Origin: an uncultured Candidatus Binatia bacterium
GTDB taxonomy: Bacteria > Desulfobacterota > Binatia > Bin18
NCBI GenBank assembly: GCA_965207575.1
Contig: OZ242288.1
Location: 2,342,241 to 2,406,240, forward strand
DNA length: 64,000 bases
Direction: 5' to 3'
This document shows, piece by piece, positions 56,095 through 64,000 of the stretch (its first letter is position 1; every line of letters starts with the position of its first letter). The notes beneath the pieces were generated by a model. The model did not search any database, was not told the DNA's origin, and saw only the letters and a program-made list of their open reading frames with translations. The translations under genes were made by a program, and so were the position numbers.

Positions 56095-56290
56095 ATGGCT
56101 GTGGCCCAGAGATGTGAAATTTGTGGAAAAGGCCCCGCGGTGGGCTAATGTGAGTCACGCAAATAACAAGACGGAGCGTCGCTGATTACCGAACCTGTAA
56201 CGAGTGCGGGCAAGAGTCGCCGGTTCGGTGAAACGCCTACGCGTCTGTACGCGCTGTATCCGTTCTGGAAAAATTGTGAAGGCGGCGTAA
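56095..56290 (+). pseudogene. rpmB: Disrupted zinc-ribbon (C+) ribosomal protein L28 gene: a +1 frameshift plus two in-frame nonsense codons at invariant positions
   Basis: GGAGG RBS then ATG 56095; MAVAQRCEICGKGPAVG then TAA 56146; shifting frame gives NVSHANNKTERR-TGA(56183)-LPNL-TAA(56198)-RVRARVAGSVKRLRVCTRCIRSGKIVKAA; aligns with B. subtilis L28 (...[44 protein letters not shown]). Confidence 0.75.
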
Positions 56291-56383
56291 AGGCCTACAC
56301 CTTTCCTCTCCGTCTCTCTAACCTATTCGCCTGCCGTCCCCCCCTTTTTTAGCCCCACTTCCCTAGAGCAAAATTCACATTCG

Positions 56384-56498
56384 TGTAGCGTCCACCGGCC
56401 TCCGCGCGTTTCCCGAGAAGTAGGGTGCGCCCTGCGCCCCGGGGAAAGGTGGTGCAGGGGATGCACCCTACGGAACTCTGGAGAGCCCCTCGCTACAC
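56384..56498. other. Nested imperfect palindrome (candidate bidirectional terminator or structured RNA) between the convergent rpmB remnant and rel/spoT
   Basis: Outer arms GTGTAGCG/CGCTACAC; inner arms GTAGGGTGCGCCCTGC/GCAGGGGATGCACCCTAC; central CCCCGGGG; no flanking U-tract. Confidence 0.5.
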
Positions 56499-56542
56499 CA
56501 CGGCGGAAACTGCTCTAGGTAAGCGGGCCAGTGTGACGCTCC

Positions 56543-58696
56543 TTAGGAGGGCACGCGTGACACTTTGACCACTCCTCTCACTCGCTCCAAGTTGCGCATG
56601 ACACGCTGGAGATCATCGGCGCTTGGGATGAGGACTTCAAATACATTGAGGGCGCGTTTGTCCGACAGAGTCCGGACATTAGCATTGGAGATATTGAGTC
56701 CGACGGTGCTGATCGCTTTACTCATATTGGTCAGAAGGCCGGGGCGGTCTTCTGACAGGACTTCGATTTTCACAAGACGCGTATAATCTGCGGTGGGATC
56801 CCAACTGACGGCAACATGTCGTTGAGGATCACTTTCCAGCAGGCGCTGGCAGGCAATCGTATGAACGGTGACTCCCTTGCCTCGCGTGATAACGCCCACA
56901 ATGCGTTCCCCAGGGAGGGGGTTGCAACAGCGTCCGAACCGAATCAGGACGTTCCCGATCCCACCGACCTTCACCCCACTTGAATCCTCTGATGGAGGTT
57001 TCTGGCGGATTTTTTCAAGCTCGGTGGTCTGCGCCGTCCGATCGAGCGTTTCGGTGAATTGAGGAAGGAGGTGGCTGAGCACCTGTCCCGCTGTCACTTG
57101 CCCGTAACCCAGGGCCGCAAAAAGCGTTTCTTCATTGTTAAATCCCAGCGCCTCTAGTGTTGGCCCGATTTTGCGTTGTTTACGCAGCGCCGTCAGTGAG
57201 CTGTGATTGCGGCCTAACTCACGCTCAAGGAGCTCTTGCCCCAGGGCAACGCTGCGTTCTCGCTGTTCTTCTTTGAGCCAGTGTCGAATCCGGGCTTTGG
57301 CCTTCGGGGTTTTGACAATTTTCAACCAGTCTTTGCTGGGCGATTGGTTTTTGGTTGTGATGATTTCGACGACATCGCCGTTTTGGACCTGATACCGCAA
57401 TGGAACCTGACGTCCGTTCACCCGGGCACCGGTGCAATGATTCCCGACTTCTGAGTGAATACGGTAGGCAAAATCGATAACCGACGCGCCACGCGGAAAG
57501 CTGTTGAGGTCGCCTTGCGGGGTGAAGGCGTACACTTCTTCGGTAAAGAGATCTTCCTTGATGGTATGGAGAAATTCTTGAGGGTCCTGGACGTGCTGTT
57601 GTAACTCAACCAGTTGGCGCAGCCAGGCGAAACGTTGTGCTTCCTCTTGTCCTTGGCCGTCTTTATAGGTCCAATGGGCGGCGATGCCTTCCTCTGCGAC
57701 CCGGTGCATCTCGCGGGTTCGAATCTGAACCTCCATCCGTTCGCCATGCGGTCCAATGACGGTGGTATGAAGCGACTGATACATATTCGCCTTGGGCAGG
57801 GCAATATAATCCTTAAAGCGGCCAGGAACGGGACGCCAGTGACTGTGGACTATGCCCAACGCCTGATAACATTCGCGCATGGATTGCACGATAATGCGGA
57901 AGCCGACCAAGTCATAAACCTGGCTGAAGACCAGATTCTGAGACCGCATTTTTTGATAGATCGAATAGAAGTGTTTTGGACGGCCGGAAACTTGGGCTGT
58001 AATGTCGGTCTCGGTCAACGTCTTTTTGAGGATGTCAATAACTTCGGTAATATATTGCTTCCGCTCACTCTTCTTCTTGATAATGCTTCGCTTCAGCTCG
58101 GAGTAGACCTTCGGGTGTAGATAGCGTAGCGCGTTATCCTCGAGTTCGCTCTTCATCCAATAGATACCTAAACGATGGGCCAGCGGAGCATAAATTTCGA
58201 GCGTCTCCGACGAAATCTCCCGCTGTTTATCCTCACTGAGGTAGGAGAGCGTTCGCATATTATGGGTACGGTCGGCGAGCTTCACCAGAATAACGCGGAT
58301 ATCCTGCGCCATGGCAAAAATCATTTTCCGAAAATTTTCGGCCTGACGCTCTTCACGAGTGGTGAAGTGAATTTTGCTGATCTTTGTCACCCCATCGACC
58401 AGGGCGGCGATCTCATTGCCAAAATGCTGTTCGATCTGATCGAGAGTAGTTAAAGTATCCTCTACCGTATCGTGCAGCAGGCTGGTGACGACGCTCGGCA
58501 CATCGAGCTTCATATCGGTAATAATTTCAGCCACTCCCACCGGATGGATAAAATAGGGCTCGCCAGAGTGGCGCTTCTGGCCCTGATGCATACGTTCCGA
58601 AAACGCGTACGCATCCGTGATCAGGCCGACCTTCGCCTCAGGATGATAGGACTGGACTTTCGTAATAATTTGATTCAAGTCGTGGTGCTGGTTCAT
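56543..58696 (-). CDS. spoT: Bifunctional (p)ppGpp synthetase/hydrolase (RelA/SpoT family; HD, synthetase, TGS and ACT domains)
   Basis: 717 aa; the HD hydrolase motif HDTVEDT is present together with the synthetase domain. Confidence 0.9.
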   Translation of the reverse strand: MNQHHDLNQIITKVQSYHPEAKVGLITDAYAFSERMHQGQKRHSGEPYFIHPVGVAEIITDMKLDVPSVVTSLLHDTVEDTLTTLDQIEQHFGNEIAALVDGVTKISKIHFTTREERQAENFRKMIFAMAQDIRVILVKLADRTHNMRTLSYLSEDKQREISSETLEIYAPLAHRLGIYWMKSELEDNALRYLHPKVYSELKRSIIKKKSERKQYITEVIDILKKTLTETDITAQVSGRPKHFYSIYQKMRSQNLVFSQVYDLVGFRIIVQSMRECYQALGIVHSHWRPVPGRFKDYIALPKANMYQSLHTTVIGPHGERMEVQIRTREMHRVAEEGIAAHWTYKDGQGQEEAQRFAWLRQLVELQQHVQDPQEFLHTIKEDLFTEEVYAFTPQGDLNSFPRGASVIDFAYRIHSEVGNHCTGARVNGRQVPLRYQVQNGDVVEIITTKNQSPSKDWLKIVKTPKAKARIRHWLKEEQRERSVALGQELLERELGRNHSSLTALRKQRKIGPTLEALGFNNEETLFAALGYGQVTAGQVLSHLLPQFTETLDRTAQTTELEKIRQKPPSEDSSGVKVGGIGNVLIRFGRCCNPLPGERIVGVITRGKGVTVHTIACQRLLESDPQRHVAVSWDPTADYTRLVKIEVLSEDRPGLLTNMSKAISTVGLNISNANVRTLSDKRALNVFEVLIPSADDLQRVMRNLERVRGVVKVSRVPS

Positions 58697-59367
58697 TCGG
58701 TCCCTATGGGTGGTGCATCACACGTCGAGTGAGCAGAATCGCTATACAGGGGAGAGAGGTCCAGGCGTGAGACGCGAGTTCTTTCTGCACAGAGAATGGC
58801 GTGTAACACCGCGACGCTGGCCTCGAGTTGGTCGTTGATGACGCAATAGTCATAACGGGCTAACGCCCGAGTCTCTTCCTGCGCACGCCGAATGCGTTGC
58901 GTAACGGCCTCTTCCTCATCCGTCCCGCGCGCGCGCAAGCGATCTTCCAGTTTTTGCCACGAAGGCGGCAGGATAAAAACGAGTACGGCCTCCGGATAGC
59001 ACAGCTTGAGCTGCTCAGCCCCCTGGACATCAATGTCCAATAGGAGGTCCTGGCCCGTGTTGAGCGTACTCTCGATAGTCGTGCGCGTCGTACCGTAGTA
59101 GGCTCTGTGGACCCGAGCCCATTCGGCAAAAGCCTCCTGATCCCGAAGCGAAAGAAAAGTCTCCTCACTCACAAAGTGATAGTCTTTGCCGTCTATTTCC
59201 CTCGCCCGGCGAGGTCGAGTGGTATGAGAAATTGACCAGTTGAGATTCGATGTTTTCGCAATCAGCTCATGCGCCAGGGTGGTTTTCCCAGTCCCAGAGG
59301 GGGCTGACAAGATCATAAGAATTCCACGCCGAGAGAAGCGCAAGCATTGATCAGCGTCGTCCAACAT
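58693..59367 (-). CDS. gmk: Guanylate kinase (the start may be the internal Met at 59316)
   Basis: P-loop SAPSGTGKTTL; TTRPRRARE; overlaps the spoT start by 4 nt. Confidence 0.85.
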   Translation of the reverse strand: MLDDADQCLRFSRRGILMILSAPSGTGKTTLAHELIAKTSNLNWSISHTTRPRRAREIDGKDYHFVSEETFLSLRDQEAFAEWARVHRAYYGTTRTTIESTLNTGQDLLLDIDVQGAEQLKLCYPEAVLVFILPPSWQKLEDRLRARGTDEEEAVTQRIRRAQEETRALARYDYCVINDQLEASVAVLHAILCAERTRVSRLDLSPLYSDSAHSTCDAPPIGTE

Positions 59368-59370
59368 ACG

Positions 59371-60246
59371 TTATTCTATATTTTGCACTTGTTCGCGAAT
59401 TTTTTCCACCTCCTCCTTGGCCTGGACGACGAGATGGCGGATAGACGCATCATCGGCCTTTGCACCGATCGTGTTGATCTCCCGTTGCATCTCTTGCAGG
59501 AGAAAGTCCATTCGTTTTCCAACCGGCTCAGCTAGTCGGAGGAGAGCGGAGAACGCACCGAGGTGACTTTGAAGTCGGACGCATTCCTCAGTGATATCGC
59601 TCTTTTGGGCCAGACTTGCCACATCCTGCAGAACGCGCCGGCGATCAGAGTCGAGATGGGGCAAAAGCGCGGTGACCTTGTCTGCCAATTTCTGTCGCGT
59701 GGCCTGTTTGGTGTGTGTACTGCGCCGTCCGACACTCCGACGTATTTTTTCGAGGGTCGCAATTCGTCCGCGGAGATCGCGTTGCAGAAATTTTCCTTCG
59801 CGCCGCCGGTGTCGCTCCAGCGCGGTGAGTGCACGTTGCAGCGTCTTCTTTGACGCCTCAATCTCGGTACTGGAGGGCCGCTGTGCTTCGGCGATCTGGA
59901 ACACTTCTGGCCGGGACAGAAAAAAATGGAGGGTCAGGTCTCCTCCGAGGTCGAGCGTACTCTTGAGTTGCCTGGCAGCTTTTATGTACGCTCGCGCAAG
60001 CTCAATATTGGGAACAACTGTGTATGAGCGCGCCGTCTGCCCTGAGAGTGTGAGGAAAACTTCAATCCGCCCGCGCTTTATCTGCGTGGCAACCATTGCC
60101 CGCAATTCGTCTTCAATCGCGAGAAAGCCGCGGGGCAGATGGAGTTTGACTTCGAGAAAACGGTGATTAACCGCACGGATATCGACTGTTGCACGTCCGC
60201 CCGAAAAGGCGAGGCTCCCGTTTCCAAATCCGGTCATACTTTTCAT
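59371..60246 (-). CDS. yicC: YicC/YloC-family stress-induced protein
   Basis: MKSMTGFGNGSLAFSGGRATVDIRAVNHRFLEV is the YicC N-domain; 291 aa. Confidence 0.85.
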   Translation of the reverse strand: MKSMTGFGNGSLAFSGGRATVDIRAVNHRFLEVKLHLPRGFLAIEDELRAMVATQIKRGRIEVFLTLSGQTARSYTVVPNIELARAYIKAARQLKSTLDLGGDLTLHFFLSRPEVFQIAEAQRPSSTEIEASKKTLQRALTALERHRRREGKFLQRDLRGRIATLEKIRRSVGRRSTHTKQATRQKLADKVTALLPHLDSDRRRVLQDVASLAQKSDITEECVRLQSHLGAFSALLRLAEPVGKRMDFLLQEMQREINTIGAKADDASIRHLVVQAKEEVEKIREQVQNIE

Positions 60247-61256
60247 GACAGGGGTGTCCTTAATGCGGTTTTCAATTCTTCCCTATTAACAGTTGCCGTA
60301 CCGACTTTGCCGACTACAATTCCAGCCGCGTGGTTGGCGAGAATGGTAGTGGCCTCGAGTCCAGCACCGGTTCCGAGGGCGAGCGCGCACACGGCAACGA
60401 CAGTGTCACCTGCCCCTGTGACATCAAAGACCTCACGGGCGGTGGTTGAGAAATGGGCCGCGCGACGATCCGGTTGAAATAAGCTCATGCCTTCTTCACC
60501 GCGAGAAACAAGCACGGCCTCCGCGTCCCATAGATCGAGAAGCTGAATGCCGGCCTGTTGCAAGGTTGCGTCATTCACAATGTCGACCTGAGTAGCTTGT
60601 CCTGCTTCTTCTTTGTTCGGCTTCATAAGACTCGCGCCACGATAATGAACAAAATTTTGGCGTTTCGGATCGATCACGTAGACAAAGTCCAGTTGCGTTC
60701 GCAGCCTGGCCAGCAGGCCGAGCAGGTCGGCCTCAATCAGCCCTTTGCCGTAGTCCGACACCACACAGACATCAAAGTCGTGGATATGGCGCTGGATAAA
60801 GGTCCGCAGTCGCGCTCGTACGCGCGCACTCGGTCTATCGGTCGGGTCACGATCAAGTCGGACGACTTGCTGGCTGTGGGCAATGATACGGGTCTTGCTA
60901 ATGGTCTCATACGGACTGCTGGTCACCATACCCCCGACGTTTGCGCCCTGTCTCAGTAATTCTCTCCGCAGGAGTCGGCCCGCCTGATCCTTGCCTACAA
61001 CGCCACAGACTGTCACACTGCCGCCCAAGGCACGGATATTGGTCACCACATTTCCGGCTCCTCCGGCGTGCAGGCTCTCACGCGTGACACGCACGACAGG
61101 AACAGGTGCTTCAGGGGAGATACGGTTGACTTGGCCCCAAATGTAACGATCGAGCATGAGGTCGCCAATGACCAGTACCCGAACGCGCGAGAATCGCGGG
61201 AGGAGGGCGGCGAGGTTACCGAACGACTGATGGCGGCGAGAAGACGGAGGCTTCAT
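60243..61256 (-). CDS. D-glycero-beta-D-manno-heptose-7-phosphate kinase (stand-alone HldE domain I / HldA-like; PfkB ribokinase family)
   Basis: VLVIGDLMLDRYIWGQVNRISPEAPVPVV; C-terminal GAGDT motif (DVTGAGDTVVA). Confidence 0.85.
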   Translation of the reverse strand: MKPPSSRRHQSFGNLAALLPRFSRVRVLVIGDLMLDRYIWGQVNRISPEAPVPVVRVTRESLHAGGAGNVVTNIRALGGSVTVCGVVGKDQAGRLLRRELLRQGANVGGMVTSSPYETISKTRIIAHSQQVVRLDRDPTDRPSARVRARLRTFIQRHIHDFDVCVVSDYGKGLIEADLLGLLARLRTQLDFVYVIDPKRQNFVHYRGASLMKPNKEEAGQATQVDIVNDATLQQAGIQLLDLWDAEAVLVSRGEEGMSLFQPDRRAAHFSTTAREVFDVTGAGDTVVAVCALALGTGAGLEATTILANHAAGIVVGKVGTATVNREELKTALRTPLS

Positions 61257-61274
61257 AGCGATCCTTTCTGTCGC

Positions 61275-62417
61275 TCACGGCGCTGCCGCCAAGAGTTCGT
61301 AATAGAGGGCTTCATTAGCACGTGCTGTTGTCTCGATATCAAAATGCGTACGGACCTTGGCTTGTCCATGGGCGCCCAAAGTCTTTGCCCAGTCAGGAGA
61401 GCGCACGCATTGGAGGAGCGCACCGCACAAGGCTGAGGGGTCTTGAGCTGGTATAAGGAGGCCTGTTTCTCTATCGGTGATGAGCTCAGTTATACCGCCA
61501 ACCCGGCTCGCCACCACTGGGAGACCCGCCGCCAGCGCTTCAATAACGGCGACGCCCAAACCTTCCCAAACGGGAGTGTGAACAAAAATGTCTGCAGCGG
61601 CTAAATGCGCAGATACGTCTCGACAAAATCCGGCAAAGTGAAACACGGAAGCTAGGCCAAGCGCACGCACACGGGCCTCTAATTCCGGCCGGAGTGGCCC
61701 ATCTCCACAGATGAGGTAACGGAGGGATAGCGCCTGGCCGGTCTGCCCAGCGTGCTGACCCTGCTGACAGTCGGAGTGGAGTTTGGCTGCTGCTTCGATT
61801 AGTGTGTGGGGAGATTTGCGCTTCGTCAGCGTACCGGCCATGAGAATAACTGTGGTATCCTCGCCGAGTCCGTATTGGTGTCGAATAGCCATGCGTTGGG
61901 AGGCCGTGGGCAGAAACTGCTCGGTATCAATACCACTCGGGATAATGCGGATAGTCCTATCGGAAATATGTGCGGTTCCCAGTGCGGCCGCCACGCCTGA
62001 GGAGATTGCGACGATCATGTCAACCTGCCTGCCATACAGAAACCGACTCAACCAGCCCGCCTTGATTGGGTAATCCATCCGACGCGTGACAAGGCGGCGG
62101 ACTGGCAGGGCATGGAGCCACGGACTGAGTGCATGTGCTCTGGCCGTATGGAAATGCACGAGGTCGTAGCGTTCCCGACGGACGAGACGACGCAGACGCC
62201 ATCCTGCCAGACCATCAAGATGATTACGGACCGAGAGAGGCTGAACGGCGAGGTTGTCGTGCTGGAGGCGCTGAGCCAAGATGCCGTGCAGCGGAGTTGC
62301 AACATGGGAGATATGGCCAGCTCGGTGAAGGTAGCGGGTCAGACCCAACACCTGGGCTTCTCCGCCTCCCCAATGCCGTTCTGGGTCAACGTGCAGGATC
62401 CGTAACCGGCGTGTCAT
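61275..62417 (-). CDS. Glycosyltransferase family 4 (GT-B, LPS core type); start trimmed to MTRRLRILHV
   Basis: EGLGVAVIEALAAGLPVVASRVGGITELI is the GT1/GT4 E-X7-E region. Confidence 0.75.
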   Translation of the reverse strand: MTRRLRILHVDPERHWGGGEAQVLGLTRYLHRAGHISHVATPLHGILAQRLQHDNLAVQPLSVRNHLDGLAGWRLRRLVRRERYDLVHFHTARAHALSPWLHALPVRRLVTRRMDYPIKAGWLSRFLYGRQVDMIVAISSGVAAALGTAHISDRTIRIIPSGIDTEQFLPTASQRMAIRHQYGLGEDTTVILMAGTLTKRKSPHTLIEAAAKLHSDCQQGQHAGQTGQALSLRYLICGDGPLRPELEARVRALGLASVFHFAGFCRDVSAHLAAADIFVHTPVWEGLGVAVIEALAAGLPVVASRVGGITELITDRETGLLIPAQDPSALCGALLQCVRSPDWAKTLGAHGQAKVRTHFDIETTARANEALYYELLAAAP

Positions 62418-63924
62418 GAGAAGTGTTTCGGGACGAGCTCTGTGCAGAATCTGACGCCTGCTCCCACAGCTTGGCATATTTCAGGAAAACGTAGAATGCC
62501 GAGGTCGCAGCAACAAAAAGGCCGGGAAGCCCATCTCTGATACATCCTCGGAAAAAATAAAAGCTCAGAAAGCGCCACAACGGGCGCAACAACACGTCGC
62601 TCAGATACTTCCGGCGCTTCCGCAGCCTCAGCTCGCGGGACGAGATATCTGTCAGGCTGTTCACGGTGCGAAGATGGTCACTGATATCGGTGTAGGTATA
62701 GTGATGGAGGTTACCGCTCAGGTGCTCGGAGCGGCCATGCAGGAGCACTTTTTCATGAGGATCGACCCCTCCCCACCTGACCTTGTGTTTCCGGAAGAGC
62801 CGGAGCCGATAGCTGGGGTACCAGCCGTGCCACCACCAACGCCCTAAATAGTGGACGAGGCGTGGGATATAGAATCCGTCGACTGCGGGGTCATCCTGTT
62901 GCAGCACAACCTGAATCTCGTTCTGAAGGAGCGGGCTGACTTCTTCATCTGCATCAATATTAAGGATCCACTCATGGCTTGCCTGAGAGAGAGCAAAACG
63001 TTTTTGCTCAACATAGCCCGGCCACGCACGCTGAATGATACGGGCTGAATACTCTTGACAAATCTCTATAGTCTTATCGGTGGAAAAGGAGTCAACCACG
63101 ACGATCTCATCGCACCACTTGACGCTTTCAAGACAGCGCCGAATAGCTTGCTCCTCATTAAAGCAGACAATACAGCACGAGATAGGACGCCGAGGAACGA
63201 CGCCAGGAGATGGGCCGAGAGCGTGGCCTGCACCGGGTGTCTGCGCGCTGGCTACAGATGGCGCGCGACGCCGTTTTCGTCTGGCGTACTCGCGGTCTTT
63301 CCGGCGACGCACGGACAGCAACGTTTTGAGCAGGGAGCGGCGCTGCTTGGATGGCGGCAGAGGAGGACCGAGATAGGCATACAAAAAGAACAGGCGCTCA
63401 GTCTGCCGGGCTCGACGGCCTAGAGTCCGGTCGAGCTGCACCAGATTTTTAACGCGCCGCCGCAGTGTCAGGCTCGGACAGTGTTTGAGACGATCAAGAT
63501 CAACGAGACAAAATCGCCACCTCGGTCCATGCTGCGCTTCGCATTCTTCCACCAGCAGGTTCGCGTCTCTCAGATCTCCGCTATACAGACCGGCCGCGTG
63601 AAAAGATCGCACGAAGAGGGCCAGTTCGCGAAGAAAAAGGCGACGCTGTGCCACAGACCAGCGCGGTGCAGACTCCCGCCAATAGTCCGAAAGTGAAGGA
63701 TACGACAGTGCTTGGCTGATATAGACACTTTCCTGCACCAGGCCGGCTCTCCGCTTCTCCACAACGGCCAATGGTTGAGGAACGGGAAAGCCATGCGTCT
63801 GTAACAATTGCGCTCCACGCCACGCCCGGCGAGCCGGGGAGCCGTGGATCAATGCATCCGCCCGGCGACGCCAGTGAGTCAGTTGGTGGCGCTTGAGCAC
63901 GACGGACTGGGTCGAATCGGACAT
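62386..63924 (-). CDS. Fusion protein: N-terminal Kdo/WaaP-family LPS kinase domain, Arg/Lys-rich linker, C-terminal GT2 glycosyltransferase domain (WaaE/KdtX-like)
   Basis: Kinase motifs HAAGLYSGDLRDANLLV and LVDLDR; GT2 motifs ISCCIVCFNEE...VVVDSFSTDKT...NIDADE. Confidence 0.7.
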   Translation of the reverse strand: MSDSTQSVVLKRHQLTHWRRRADALIHGSPARRAWRGAQLLQTHGFPVPQPLAVVEKRRAGLVQESVYISQALSYPSLSDYWRESAPRWSVAQRRLFLRELALFVRSFHAAGLYSGDLRDANLLVEECEAQHGPRWRFCLVDLDRLKHCPSLTLRRRVKNLVQLDRTLGRRARQTERLFFLYAYLGPPLPPSKQRRSLLKTLLSVRRRKDREYARRKRRRAPSVASAQTPGAGHALGPSPGVVPRRPISCCIVCFNEEQAIRRCLESVKWCDEIVVVDSFSTDKTIEICQEYSARIIQRAWPGYVEQKRFALSQASHEWILNIDADEEVSPLLQNEIQVVLQQDDPAVDGFYIPRLVHYLGRWWWHGWYPSYRLRLFRKHKVRWGGVDPHEKVLLHGRSEHLSGNLHHYTYTDISDHLRTVNSLTDISSRELRLRKRRKYLSDVLLRPLWRFLSFYFFRGCIRDGLPGLFVAATSAFYVFLKYAKLWEQASDSAQSSSRNTSHDTPVTDPAR

Positions 63925-64000
63925 CAGCGTTACTGTCGTGCCTGTGTCCTGTTTGAGAATGCGGGTGCACCGCCAGTGGGTTGGCTGCGAAGAAACGAGG

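Overview
This 64 kb window is a core-genome segment of a Gram-negative bacterium with roughly 55% GC; no taxon can be assigned from the sequence alone. It is almost entirely housekeeping, and I see no CRISPR array, IS element, integrase or phage gene. In order along the window:

- **Respiratory genes and tRNAs (1-6.0 kb):** nuoL-nuoM-nuoN, then a five-tRNA cluster (Pro, Arg, His, Lys, Leu).
- **Chaperone/protease genes (6.1-11.6 kb):** tig-clpX-lon, with no clpP between tig and clpX, then tRNA-Val and tRNA-Asp.
- **rplM-rpsI; lptG and lptF on the minus strand; rlmB.**
- **The tufB-type locus (15.8-29.1 kb):** tRNA-Thr/Tyr/Gly/Thr, tuf, rpmG, tRNA-Trp, secE, nusG, rplK, rplA, rplJ, rplL, rpoB, rpoC.
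- **The str, S10, spc and alpha ribosomal-protein operons (29.2-45.7 kb):** rpsL-rpsG, followed directly by a second tuf copy with no fusA, then the run from rpsJ through rplQ. adk and infA are missing from their usual places next to secY/map.
- **Biosynthetic genes (45.9-56.0 kb):** a SPOR-domain protein, trpDCFBA, accD, folC, lptD, and a stand-alone heptose-1-phosphate adenylyltransferase (HldE domain II).
- **A minus-strand block that looks like one operon (56.5-63.9 kb):** rel/spoT, gmk, yicC, a heptose-7-phosphate kinase (HldE domain I), a GT4 glycosyltransferase, and a fusion of a Kdo/WaaP-family LPS kinase to a GT2 glycosyltransferase.

Most worth a second look:
1. A decayed zinc-ribbon rpmB (L28) copy at 56095-56290, with a +1 frameshift and nonsense codons exactly at the invariant Trp and Gln, next to a nested palindromic element.
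2. Two essentially identical tuf copies, about 1.2 kb each, which are G3-rich codon-usage outliers. The second copy has a strong promoter of its own and sits where fusA should be.
3. clpP, fusA, adk, infA and rpoZ are all absent from their canonical syntenic positions.
4. The LPS kinase-GT2 fusion, and hldE split into two genes on opposite strands.
5. The lptF and rlmB start codons overlap head to head on a CATG palindrome.
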